Assembly (NCBI GenBank): GCA_001791305.1
Contig: MGEI01000005.1
Coordinates: 404,208-468,207 of the forward strand
From: Candidatus Uhrbacteria bacterium RIFCSPLOWO2_01_FULL_47_17
Lineage (GTDB): Bacteria > Patescibacteriota > Patescibacteriia > UBA9934 > GWF2-40-263
Length of the DNA: 64,000 nt
Direction: 5' to 3'
Shown here: positions 35,507 to 43,959 of the stretch, piece after piece
Position numbering within the stretch: the first letter of the stretch is position 1
How the letters are laid out: each line of letters opens with the position of its first letter
Position numbers and translations under genes: made by a program
Notes under the pieces: generated by a model
What the model saw: only the letters and a program-made list of their open reading frames with translations
Database searches by the model: none
Told to the model about the DNA's origin: nothing

Positions 35507-36895
35507 TTACAATTCGCTGATGCGACGTTGCAAATCTGTTTCTGGAAAGAAGGCGAGTTCTGCGGTTGCGGTTGCGCTTCGACGAATATTCATCCAGTTT
35601 AGTTCGCCAAGCGCGACGCCGTCGCAGAAACCGCGCATAGGGCGCTTTTCTTGGTTCATGGCTTCGAATCGAATGCTTGTTTCGATCGGAAGCGGTTCGT
35701 TCTTCCAATGATGGGAGCACACGCAGCTTCCAACAAGTTGGAGCATTTGTGTGCCGGGGATGAGGCGTGATCCGCCCATGCGGTACGCATACCCCGTTGA
35801 TCCAGCCGCCGTTGAGACGAGCATGATGTCTGACATGATGGGATCGAATTTCACTTCGCCGTTCATGAGGACACGTGTCCAAATTGTTTGCCCGCTGAGG
35901 CGATCCACCCATGCATCGTTGAATGCGAGCATGTTGGATTGTGTGCCGTCAACAGATTCCGCCTCTATGTATAACAGCGATTCTGTGTACGTCTTGAGTT
36001 CGAGGTGTGATTGCAGTTGATCAACAATCTTCGTTTCGTCGAAGTCGTTGAGCAAGAATCCTTTCGTGCCGCGATTGAGTCCGAGGAAGGGAACATGGTC
36101 ACGCCACAGACGACGAATCGTATGAAGCATGAATCCATCGCCCCCAATCACGACAATGCAATTGTGTTCACCGATGGGTGTCTGAAACGCATCTGATAAT
36201 CTCTTGCCGATCGCAACCGTACTTTCATTGCGGTCGTTTGCGACAACAAGCGGTCGAAGTGTTTCTTGAAATTCCGCAGGACCTCGCATGATGCGTCCCG
36301 TGAATAACTGATGTCGTGCGATGTATTGACCAATCGCTGGTGACACAAGATCGTCGATTGACTGATGCCTGAAGATCCGTTCGCGAATTTCCGAACTGGA
36401 TCCACGGAGCGTCGGTTCGATGATCGTGTGGTGTGGCGGAAGATCTTCGGGCACGCATTCGATTCCATGGCGCATGTGCACGAGGAAGTGAAGTGTGTTC
36501 CAGACTTCCTGTCCGCAAAACCACGTTCGATGAATCTCGGACAATCCATGCGCGCCACCGGCAACGATGTCGGCGCCGATCACGTGACAGATTTCATGAT
36601 TCGGATACAGCGCACGATAGCGCTGATCTATGTCGAACGAACGCGTAAACACAGATTGCTCGAGATCTGTGAGATCAATTTCGACACGCGGGATGCGGCC
36701 GAACGCGAGGTCACAGAGTGCTGCACGAGACGCAAGTGAAAGATCGTTCGTCGTCTCTTTGTCCGGTCGCGGCCCGCACGGAAGAACGATGAGACGATCA
36801 TCCGGTCCGAGCTTACTCGCAAGTTTCTGAACAATCGCCTCATGATGCAATCCCGGAGGATTGAAACTGCCACCGTACAGAAAAATCTTTGGCAT
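35507..36895 (-). CDS. Bifunctional NaMN/NMN adenylyltransferase (NadD-like) - NAD kinase (NadK) fusion
   Basis: N-terminal IFLYGGSFNPPGLHHEAI and SSEIRERI; C-terminal VVIGGDGFMLHTIR (GGDG) and TAAGSTGYAYRMGG; 462 aa. Confidence 0.7.
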   Translation of the reverse strand: MPKIFLYGGSFNPPGLHHEAIVQKLASKLGPDDRLIVLPCGPRPDKETTNDLSLASRAALCDLAFGRIPRVEIDLTDLEQSVFTRSFDIDQRYRALYPNHEICHVIGADIVAGGAHGLSEIHRTWFCGQEVWNTLHFLVHMRHGIECVPEDLPPHHTIIEPTLRGSSSEIRERIFRHQSIDDLVSPAIGQYIARHQLFTGRIMRGPAEFQETLRPLVVANDRNESTVAIGKRLSDAFQTPIGEHNCIVVIGGDGFMLHTIRRLWRDHVPFLGLNRGTKGFLLNDFDETKIVDQLQSHLELKTYTESLLYIEAESVDGTQSNMLAFNDAWVDRLSGQTIWTRVLMNGEVKFDPIMSDIMLVSTAAGSTGYAYRMGGSRLIPGTQMLQLVGSCVCSHHWKNEPLPIETSIRFEAMNQEKRPMRGFCDGVALGELNWMNIRRSATATAELAFFPETDLQRRISEL

Positions 36896-36915
36896 CTTGT
36901 ACTCCTGTGTTCGAA

Positions 36916-36960
36916 GCCCCCTCTCCCTTCGAGGGAGAGGGCTGGGGAGAGGGTTTGTCC
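36916..36960. repeat. Family-A element upstream of the nadD-nadK start
   Basis: GCCCCCTCTCCCTTCGAGGGAGAGGGCTGGGGAGAGGGTTTGTCC. Confidence 0.65.
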
Positions 36961-37042
36961 TTGCATTAAGCGTCTCACCTCTTGAGGCGCTTAAGAAAAG
37001 GGCAGAGCTTTGGAAAACTCTGCAAGTTGGAAAAAGTTCGTG

Positions 37043-37813
37043 CTACTCTTGGATGAATCTTTCCGCGATCAGGAGTTTACGGAGGATATGCGGGCTCGAT
37101 TTGTCGACGACGTAGAGGTTCTCTCTTTTATCGGCGAACGTGCCAGCGACGAGTTCGGCGGCGATCTCGTCTGCCGCACGACCCGAGCCTTTCACCACAA
37201 TGGTGGGCCAACCTTTCTTGATCGAGCGCATGACTTCATCGCGCGTGATCGCACCGCCGTTCCAGGCAATGACGCCGGCGCGGTGGAAGCCGCCGTATTG
37301 CGTGAGCTGATCCATGAGTCCGAACGCGGCATCCAAGTCGCCATCCCAACCGAGCTTGCCTTCCGCCCCGTCTTGAACGAGGAGGATTGCGTTCATGCTC
37401 GGGTTTGGCGCGGTGCCGTAGTCGTCGAGTACGAGGCGAGACTCTTCGACGAGACGCAGAACGTCCGTGCGAGGAGTCGAACCGAGTGCGACACACTTTG
37501 GATTGCCCGCGGCAACAACGCCAGGAACATCTGTGACCATCGGATCGAGGTTGCCGTCTTTGTCGAATTGGCGCGTGCCACCCGACCAGATCATGCCCTC
37601 GAAACCCTTGAATGCGATCTGGAAAAAATCCATCATCGCTTTCTTATCATCGGCATTCATCCCTTTGCATCCGCCGCTGATGCGAATGCAGACTTTACGC
37701 GCCGCACGCGTTGCCATGAGGGCGAACGTTGCGGGGAGTTGAGCTCCCTTGTCTTGAATGATCAGAACAGTCCTGCCGTCCTGACCAGTTACCGTTTTTG
37801 CGGACATGAACAC
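37043..37813 (-). CDS. SLOG/LOG-like Rossmann-fold protein, paralog 1
   Basis: RISGGCKGM..., WSGGTRQFD..., WNGGAITRDEV... and VVKGSGRAADEI parallel the LOG motifs GGG.G.M / PGG.GT.EE. Confidence 0.4.
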   Translation of the reverse strand: MFMSAKTVTGQDGRTVLIIQDKGAQLPATFALMATRAARKVCIRISGGCKGMNADDKKAMMDFFQIAFKGFEGMIWSGGTRQFDKDGNLDPMVTDVPGVVAAGNPKCVALGSTPRTDVLRLVEESRLVLDDYGTAPNPSMNAILLVQDGAEGKLGWDGDLDAAFGLMDQLTQYGGFHRAGVIAWNGGAITRDEVMRSIKKGWPTIVVKGSGRAADEIAAELVAGTFADKRENLYVVDKSSPHILRKLLIAERFIQE

Positions 37814-37858
37814 CTTCGCACTTCCTAATTTTCCACACCCATGATTTCACGGACGCAG

Positions 37859-38605
37859 TTACTCCGGGGGAAGCATCCCGAAGGAAATGAGATGTTGGCG
37901 AATGTCGCGCGAATCTTTTTCGGCGACACGAACGTTTGGATGTGCTTCGAGAAACGCATTGTTGCTCGCGTACTCATCCGCCTTGCGACCACTTCTTCGT
38001 ATGAGGAGGACGGGCCAACCACGTTTTGCGGTTGCGAGGATTTCGCGTTCCGTCACGCCACCGCCGTTGTAGACGATGAGCAATGATTTGAATTCCGCGA
38101 ACTCGCGCAGGTCTTTCGTGATCTGCAAGCACTCTTCGAACTCCGCGTCCCAAATGGCCGGTTGATCCGGCGACACTTGAACGAGCAGGCACATATCTTG
38201 GTTCGGATGAATGATGGTGCGATAGGTATCCGCATCACTCTCCGAAACCACGAGTCCGTGTTCCGTGATTTTGATCTCCGACGTCCTCGGCACAACGCCG
38301 AGTGACACCATGTTTGGACACACGTCGCGAATGTGCGACGGAATCTCGGTGATCCCAGGCACAATCTGCGACACGTCTTGTTTCTGAATCATGCGCGTGC
38401 CACCAAAGAGCATGGCGCCTGCAAATCCAGCGAATGCATCTGCGAAGAGCGAAAGAAAATCCCGCGCATCCTCGGCGGACATGTATCCACATCCGCCCGT
38501 GAGTCGTACAACAACTCGATTGCGAGCGGTCGTGAGTCTCAGAGCGATCTTTACTGACCGGTCTCCTTGATTCTTCACGAACAAGGAGGGAATGATGTGT
38601 GACAT
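37859..38605 (-). CDS. SLOG/LOG-like Rossmann-fold protein, paralog 2
   Basis: RLTGGCGYMSAED, LFGGTRMIQ, YNGGGVTEREI and LLIRRSGRKADEY share their motif order with paralog 1 (37043..37813). Confidence 0.4.
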   Translation of the reverse strand: MSHIIPSLFVKNQGDRSVKIALRLTTARNRVVVRLTGGCGYMSAEDARDFLSLFADAFAGFAGAMLFGGTRMIQKQDVSQIVPGITEIPSHIRDVCPNMVSLGVVPRTSEIKITEHGLVVSESDADTYRTIIHPNQDMCLLVQVSPDQPAIWDAEFEECLQITKDLREFAEFKSLLIVYNGGGVTEREILATAKRGWPVLLIRRSGRKADEYASNNAFLEAHPNVRVAEKDSRDIRQHLISFGMLPPE

Positions 38606-38751
38606 CGTGTTCTCCTTGTGTTTGTGAACCTTCGATTTCAGAACCTCATGGTTGAGGTGCTGAAGAAAAGGGCTCTGTCATTTCTTTTTGCGGATCTGTA
38701 TGTGCAAGCGGAAATGGAGAGCAGGGGAGAGTTGAGAAAGAGCGAAGAGAC

Positions 38752-39510
38752 TTAGACGTGGATCTGATTCGAGTTGATGCACTCCACGCCGCGAGCGATG
38801 AGGCGCGCTTCCATGAAGGCAATCGAACCCGGGTAGTCGCCATCGGGAGGCAAGCCAACCGAACGCGTGCCGTCGCGGACGATGTAGGACTCGAAGCCTT
38901 CGAGTGCGGCGTCTTCGGCCGTGAAGCCAACGCAGAAGTCGAACGCGAGACCGACGATGAACACGCGCCTGATGCCGCGCTCCTTCAGAATGCGACCGAG
39001 TCCGGTCGGCATCCAAAGCGTATCGCGAAACGCGCTGTAGCTGTCGACACGCGGATCCGTTCCTTTCGGAAAGTGCAGAACGAACGCGCTCTCGAGATCA
39101 CGCAAGCCATCGAAGAGACGAATCTCGTTCGTGGTCATTTCGGCATGTTCGTCCCAGAGGAGCGTTTCGTGCCGATTCAGGCGCATGAGGTAAGCGATCA
39201 AGTCTTCATTGGTGAAGAGTGCATGTTTCGCGATCTTGACCTTGTGACCCAAAACTTCCGTGATCGTGAGCGGACCGCGAGCCCGCTTCACGTAGGAGGT
39301 TCGATAGTTGATGTGTCCTTTCGGATGCGCGTCAAAGACGTTGTATCGCTGATTGCGCTTGAATTTCAGAACGAGCTCTCGGATGACATCGACGATTTCA
39401 AGGGCGCCAGGCACGGGCAGTCCGCCATTTGGACCGAATGCATTTGTGACATCGACCACGATGACAGCATCGCCTTTGCCGATCTGAATCAAACCATCAA
39501 GGTTCCGCAT
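38752..39510 (-). CDS. pncA: Nicotinamidase (isochorismatase-like cysteine hydrolase)
   Basis: VIVVDVTNAF...VFDAHPKGHINY...VFIVGLAFDFCVGFTAEDA (catalytic Cys); GAGGAG SD. Confidence 0.7.
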   Translation of the reverse strand: MRNLDGLIQIGKGDAVIVVDVTNAFGPNGGLPVPGALEIVDVIRELVLKFKRNQRYNVFDAHPKGHINYRTSYVKRARGPLTITEVLGHKVKIAKHALFTNEDLIAYLMRLNRHETLLWDEHAEMTTNEIRLFDGLRDLESAFVLHFPKGTDPRVDSYSAFRDTLWMPTGLGRILKERGIRRVFIVGLAFDFCVGFTAEDAALEGFESYIVRDGTRSVGLPPDGDYPGSIAFMEARLIARGVECINSNQIHV

Positions 39511-39725
39511 GACTTCTCCTCATTCCCCACATGGGGGAGTTTAATGAACAGCAGCTGCGGGAAACCCTGTGTTTTCCGCATGTGAATTCATTGAAAAACG
39601 TATTTTTAGAACCCGAGAGAATACCAGTTTTTGGCGAAAATGTCAATGGTTTTTGGCCTGTTTACACGAACGGATCCTCGGGCGCCTCTTTCATGGATTT
39701 TTCGGTTGGAACGAACGTTAAATTA

Positions 39726-39760
39726 AAGTAAGTGTAGTACATACACTTACTTGTGTCAAG
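39726..39760 (-). promoter_or_regulatory. pncA promoter (minus strand TTGACA-N17-TACACT) overlapped by the perfect inverted repeat AAGTAAGTGTA-gtaca-TACACTTACTT
   Basis: The 11-bp palindrome arms span the -10 element and spacer, as expected for a repressor operator. Confidence 0.45.
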
Positions 39761-39818
39761 ACCCAATAAAAACGCACCAATCTTTCGATTTGGTGCGTTT
39801 TGTTCCGTTGACTTTTCG

Positions 39819-40487
39819 TTACATTATCTCTACATATTCCAGCTTCTTGTGCTTGAACTTATAGAGCTCCGCCGGGCGGTTTGCCTCGCCGCCTCGTTTC
39901 TTTCCAATCGGAACGATCAGATCAAGAGCCAAAATGCGCTTACGGAAGTTGCGTTTATCAACAGTTGTATCAAGAATAATCTCGTAAACACGCTGTAAAT
40001 CTGTGAGGGTGAACTCTTCGGAAAGCAGGCTCCAGGCGATGTTTGTGTACTGGAGTCGGCTTTTGAGCCGTGTAATTGCTTCTTTTGCGATGTGCTTATG
40101 ATCATAAGCCAATTCCGGGAGTTTTTTCACGGGCCACCACTTCACGTCTTGGTACTTATCGGTTGTTTTGAGCTCGACTTCCGATGAGGAAATAAGCGCA
40201 AACGACGCGACCGAGATCACACGCTCGAGTTGATCGCGTTCAATGGAATCAAACGTTTTGAGCTGTTCGAGGTAGACGTTCGAAACACCGGTTTGTTCTT
40301 TTAAGATCCGAACGGCCGTCTCTTCGGTTGTCTCTGTATTCTCGACGCGTCCGCCAGGGAAGGCCCAGAGTCCTGTATACGGCGACTTTTTCATTTGGAT
40401 GAGAAGGGCGCAGAGTTCGCCGTCTTTGACGGTGAAGATGACGGTATCAACCGCGACGATGATCGATTGCTTTGGGGGATTGGGCAT
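39819..40487 (-). CDS. nrtR: NrtR-like Nudix-related transcriptional regulator of NAD metabolism (Nudix plus C-terminal wHTH)
   Basis: Nudix box GGRVENTETTEETAVRILKEQTGV. The C-terminal ~90 aa (FTLTDLQRVYEIIL...RNFRKRILALDLIVPIGKKR...) fits the NrtR winged-helix domain. It heads an NAD-salvage gene array. Confidence 0.55.
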   Translation of the reverse strand: MPNPPKQSIIVAVDTVIFTVKDGELCALLIQMKKSPYTGLWAFPGGRVENTETTEETAVRILKEQTGVSNVYLEQLKTFDSIERDQLERVISVASFALISSSEVELKTTDKYQDVKWWPVKKLPELAYDHKHIAKEAITRLKSRLQYTNIAWSLLSEEFTLTDLQRVYEIILDTTVDKRNFRKRILALDLIVPIGKKRGGEANRPAELYKFKHKKLEYVEIM

Positions 40488-40494
40488 ATTTGTT

Positions 40495-40509
40495 TGTGTA
40501 AATTACACA
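40495..40509. promoter_or_regulatory. Perfect palindrome TGTGTAA-A-TTACACA immediately upstream of the nrtR start (candidate autoregulatory operator)
   Basis: Perfect 7-bp arms, sitting in the divergent nrtR / 40583 intergenic region. Confidence 0.4.
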
Positions 40510-40582
40510 CAAAGTACCAGAGAATGCGCGTTGCGTCAAGCGGGTGGAAAAAAGCGCGCGAGTCTCGTATACTATTCTCACT

Positions 40583-40885
40583 ATGTTTGATCGAGAAAAA
40601 TCACCATACATTCCACCCATGACCGGAGAAGAAGCGCTCGCCATGTTTGGCGATCGTTCACTCCTTACGCTTGAAGAGCAGCGTGATCGTCTTGGTTTGC
40701 TCACAAATGAAATGGCACAAGAACTTGCCGCACTTCGTGAAGATCCCGAAGCAGATTGGGAGGTTGTTTCAAGATTGGAATCTGATTTGGATGAGGTGCG
40801 TGAAACATTAAGCAGAACAAACAAAGAGATTCGAAAATTAGGACAAGATTTTGGAAAGAAGCGCGGTCCGCTTACGCTGCATTAA
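40583..40885 (+). CDS. Hypothetical coiled-coil protein (100 aa)
   Basis: A TATACT -10 element lies 10 nt upstream (near-leaderless). It is followed by murA. Confidence 0.35.
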   Translation: MFDREKSPYIPPMTGEEALAMFGDRSLLTLEEQRDRLGLLTNEMAQELAALREDPEADWEVVSRLESDLDEVRETLSRTNKEIRKLGQDFGKKRGPLTLH

Positions 40886-40888
40886 CTT

Positions 40889-42187
40889 ATGTCTGTTTTT
40901 CATGTCACCGGCGGGAAACCTCTCATTGGAGAAATTACTGTTTCTGGCGCAAAGAACGCTGCGTCCAAAATGTTGATCGCAACATTGCTCACTTCGGAAT
41001 CCGTTGTACTCAAAAATGTTCCGCGTCAACAAGAAACACAAATCACGCAAGAGATTCTCGAAGCCGTTGGGGCGAAGATCGACTGGCGCGCGCAGAATGA
41101 AGTGTGTGTAACAACAGCGTCGATCGCATCCACAAACGCTACATCACTCTCGCGAAAAAATCGCATTAGTATTTTGGCACTCGCGCCACTCTTGCATCGT
41201 GCGGGCGAAGCATTTGTTCCTCGGGTGGGTGGCGACGCGATTGGGCCGCGCCCCGTGAATTTTCATATTGATATTTTGACGAAGATGGGTGCGGAAATTT
41301 CCGAAACAGAAAACGGATATCACGCAAAAATCTTGAAACGATTAAAAGGAACACTCATTGAGCTCGCGTATCCATCCGTCGGCGCAACGGAAACCGCTAT
41401 TCTCGCCGGTGTACTTGCTGAAGGTCGCACCACGATCAGAAACGCGGCGGGAGAGCCGGAAGTAAAACAGTTGATCATGATGCTCCAAAACATGGGAGCG
41501 ATTATTCAGATCAATTCTGGACGTTGGATTGAAATTTTCGGCGTTGAAAAATTACGAGGAACAGAAGTCACAGTGATGCCGGACCGCATCGAGGCCGCAT
41601 CGTACGGATCGATGGCGATCGGAACGCGTGGCGAAATTCTCGTCCGCGGCGCAGAGCATGCGCATATGATGACGTTTCTCAATGCGGTGCGTAGAATCGG
41701 TGGGGAATATGAAGTGAAGCCGAACGGGATTTTGTTTCGCGGAACGCGGCCGCTGAAAGGTATTGAGCTCGAGACCGACACACATCCAGGCTTTATGACC
41801 GACTGGCAGCAACCGTTCGTCACTGTTCTTACACAGGCCGAAGGAACTTCGGTCGTGCACGAAACGGTTTACGAAGAACGCTTCGGCTACACAGACGCAC
41901 TCAAAAAAATGGGGGCGGACATCACGCTCTTCTCGAATTGTCTTGGTGAAAGTCCGTGTCGATTTAAAGGCATGAATTACAAACACTCGGCGGTGATCAA
42001 CGGACCATCGAAATTGCACGCCGCCGAAGTTGAAGTCCCAGACATTCGCGCCGGCCTCGCGTTCGTTGTTGCAGCACTCATTGCAGACGGCACATCGACC
42101 CTTACAGGAATCGAACATCTTGATCGTGGGTATGAGAACCTCGAAGAGAAACTGCGGGGAGTTGGCGCGGATATAAAAAGAGAGTGA
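40889..42187 (+). CDS. murA: UDP-N-acetylglucosamine 1-carboxyvinyltransferase
   Basis: MSVFHVTGGKPLIGEITVSGAKNAASKMLIATLL, 432 aa. Confidence 0.9.
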   Translation: MSVFHVTGGKPLIGEITVSGAKNAASKMLIATLLTSESVVLKNVPRQQETQITQEILEAVGAKIDWRAQNEVCVTTASIASTNATSLSRKNRISILALAPLLHRAGEAFVPRVGGDAIGPRPVNFHIDILTKMGAEISETENGYHAKILKRLKGTLIELAYPSVGATETAILAGVLAEGRTTIRNAAGEPEVKQLIMMLQNMGAIIQINSGRWIEIFGVEKLRGTEVTVMPDRIEAASYGSMAIGTRGEILVRGAEHAHMMTFLNAVRRIGGEYEVKPNGILFRGTRPLKGIELETDTHPGFMTDWQQPFVTVLTQAEGTSVVHETVYEERFGYTDALKKMGADITLFSNCLGESPCRFKGMNYKHSAVINGPSKLHAAEVEVPDIRAGLAFVVAALIADGTSTLTGIEHLDRGYENLEEKLRGVGADIKRE

Positions 42188-42321
42188 ATAAGTGATGGAG
42201 TGGAAGAGTGAAGGAAGAAAACAATTTTTGTTTTTGTAATGCCTCTTCTGCCGATTTACTAAATAGAAAAATTGCCCCCCTCGATCACTCCTCCACTCCA
42301 TCACTCATTCACTTTGTCTCT

Positions 42322-43002
42322 ATGTTTCTCACCCTCTTATTTTCCTCCCCACCTCTCGCCCTCGCCTGGATCCTCGCGATTCTTTTTTCGCTCACCATTC
42401 ACGAATTTTCGCACGCTCTCGTCGGCAAGCTGAAGGGCGATCACACGGCCGAGCGCGAAGGTCGACTCACACTTAATCCAATGGCACACTTAGATTTATT
42501 TGGATTTATTCCGCTTTTGCTGTTTGGATTTGGTTGGGCAAAACCCGTTCCGTTTAATCCGTACAATTTAAAAAATCCAAAATGGGATTCTGTGCTCATT
42601 GCGCTTGCTGGACCTGGATCAAACTTGATCATCGCGGCTGTGTGCTCCGTCGCATTTCGTGTGCTTCTCGAAGGGGGATTGTCACCTTATAGTTTGCTCA
42701 CTGCGTTTCTCTTTTTTCTCATCCTCCTCAATTTGTTTTTAGCGCTTTTCAATGTCATTCCAATCGCGCCACTCGATGGATCCAAATTATTTTTCGCGCT
42801 TTTCGATGCGCCAAAGTATGAACAGCTCAGGAACTTCGTCGCGTTTCGCGGCCCACAAATCTTGATGTTCGCTGTACTCATTTCGCTTTTTACAAATTTT
42901 AACATCTTCTTTTTTATCTCCACGCCAGCATACGCGATTTGTGACACACTTACCGGTGCAAGTTGTGCGGCGTATCAAGGGATGTTGTTTGGATCGTTGT
43001 AA
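42322..43002 (+). CDS. Site-2 protease family (M50) membrane metalloprotease
   Basis: HEFSHAL (the HExxH motif) in the first TM region and a second motif region NLFLALFNVIPIAPLDGSKL. Confidence 0.55.
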   Translation: MFLTLLFSSPPLALAWILAILFSLTIHEFSHALVGKLKGDHTAEREGRLTLNPMAHLDLFGFIPLLLFGFGWAKPVPFNPYNLKNPKWDSVLIALAGPGSNLIIAAVCSVAFRVLLEGGLSPYSLLTAFLFFLILLNLFLALFNVIPIAPLDGSKLFFALFDAPKYEQLRNFVAFRGPQILMFAVLISLFTNFNIFFFISTPAYAICDTLTGASCAAYQGMLFGSL

Positions 43003-43071
43003 AACGGTTCACGCTTTGACTTTTTTCCTCTTCGACTTTATGCTGCCTCCAGCTCTTTCCTGGAGGATTTC

Positions 43072-43788
43072 ATGTTTTTAAGATTTGGGGAGCAGTTTTA
43101 TCCCGTGATCCACGTTGTGGATGATGTACAAGCGCTCCGCAATGTCCGCATTGCGTTTGAAAACGGTGCGCATGGGGTGTTTCTCATCAATCACGAATGT
43201 TCTGCGCAAACCCTGCTCGGTGTTTACCAAGCTGTGCGTTCGGTGTTTCCGAATCGTTGGATCGGTCTCAATTTTCTTGATCTTGATCCGCTTCAAGCGC
43301 TGACAGTTGTACCACAAGACGCAAACGCTCTTTGGGTTGATTCCGTACGAATCAATCTTGCGGCAGAAGATCCGGTGCAACACGCGCGTCGTTACGATCT
43401 GTTTCGTCGCTCGACCGGTATACGCTGGCGCGGCGAGTTGTTTGGAGGCGTTGCTTTCAAGTACCAACCGCAAAACGGCGATCCTGCACGCGAAGCCGAA
43501 CTCGCTGCTCCGTTTGTGGACGTGATTACCACAAGCGGTTCCGGAACGGGTTCCGCGCCGGACATCGAGAAAATCCATCTCATGAGGTTCGCCACACCCC
43601 TCAAACCACTCGCGATTGCAAGCGGCATGACCCCGGAAAACGTCCGTGATTTCATCCCGCTCGCAAGCAAGTTCCTGGTCGCAACCGGCATCAGCGATTC
43701 CCACACCGAACTGAATCCCGCCCGCGTCCGCGCCTTCGCAGACGCCGTCACCGCGTACACCCTCGAACTCTACGACCTTCAATCCTGA
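43072..43788 (+). CDS. BtpA/SgcQ-family TIM-barrel protein
   Basis: PVIHVVDD...ENGAHGVFLINH and VITTSGSGTGSAPDIEKI...ASGMTPENV resemble the BtpA family. A hairpin that sequesters the GGAGG SD precedes the start. Confidence 0.45.
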   Translation: MFLRFGEQFYPVIHVVDDVQALRNVRIAFENGAHGVFLINHECSAQTLLGVYQAVRSVFPNRWIGLNFLDLDPLQALTVVPQDANALWVDSVRINLAAEDPVQHARRYDLFRRSTGIRWRGELFGGVAFKYQPQNGDPAREAELAAPFVDVITTSGSGTGSAPDIEKIHLMRFATPLKPLAIASGMTPENVRDFIPLASKFLVATGISDSHTELNPARVRAFADAVTAYTLELYDLQS

Positions 43789-43959
43789 GACACCTCTCAG
43801 GTTTTTTGTTTGAAAAACCCACAAAAACCCCACAAACCATTGACAAAATCGCATTTTTGTGGTATATTTATCCGTCAAAAATTGGGCGAAGTGCGCCCTC
43901 TTTTTGCACGATTGTTCGCTAAAATCGAACCTTTATTGTTTCAGCCAAAGAGGTGACAC

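Noticed and set aside
43078-43878. 266-aa minus-strand ORF
   Set aside because: Antisense to the BtpA-like gene.
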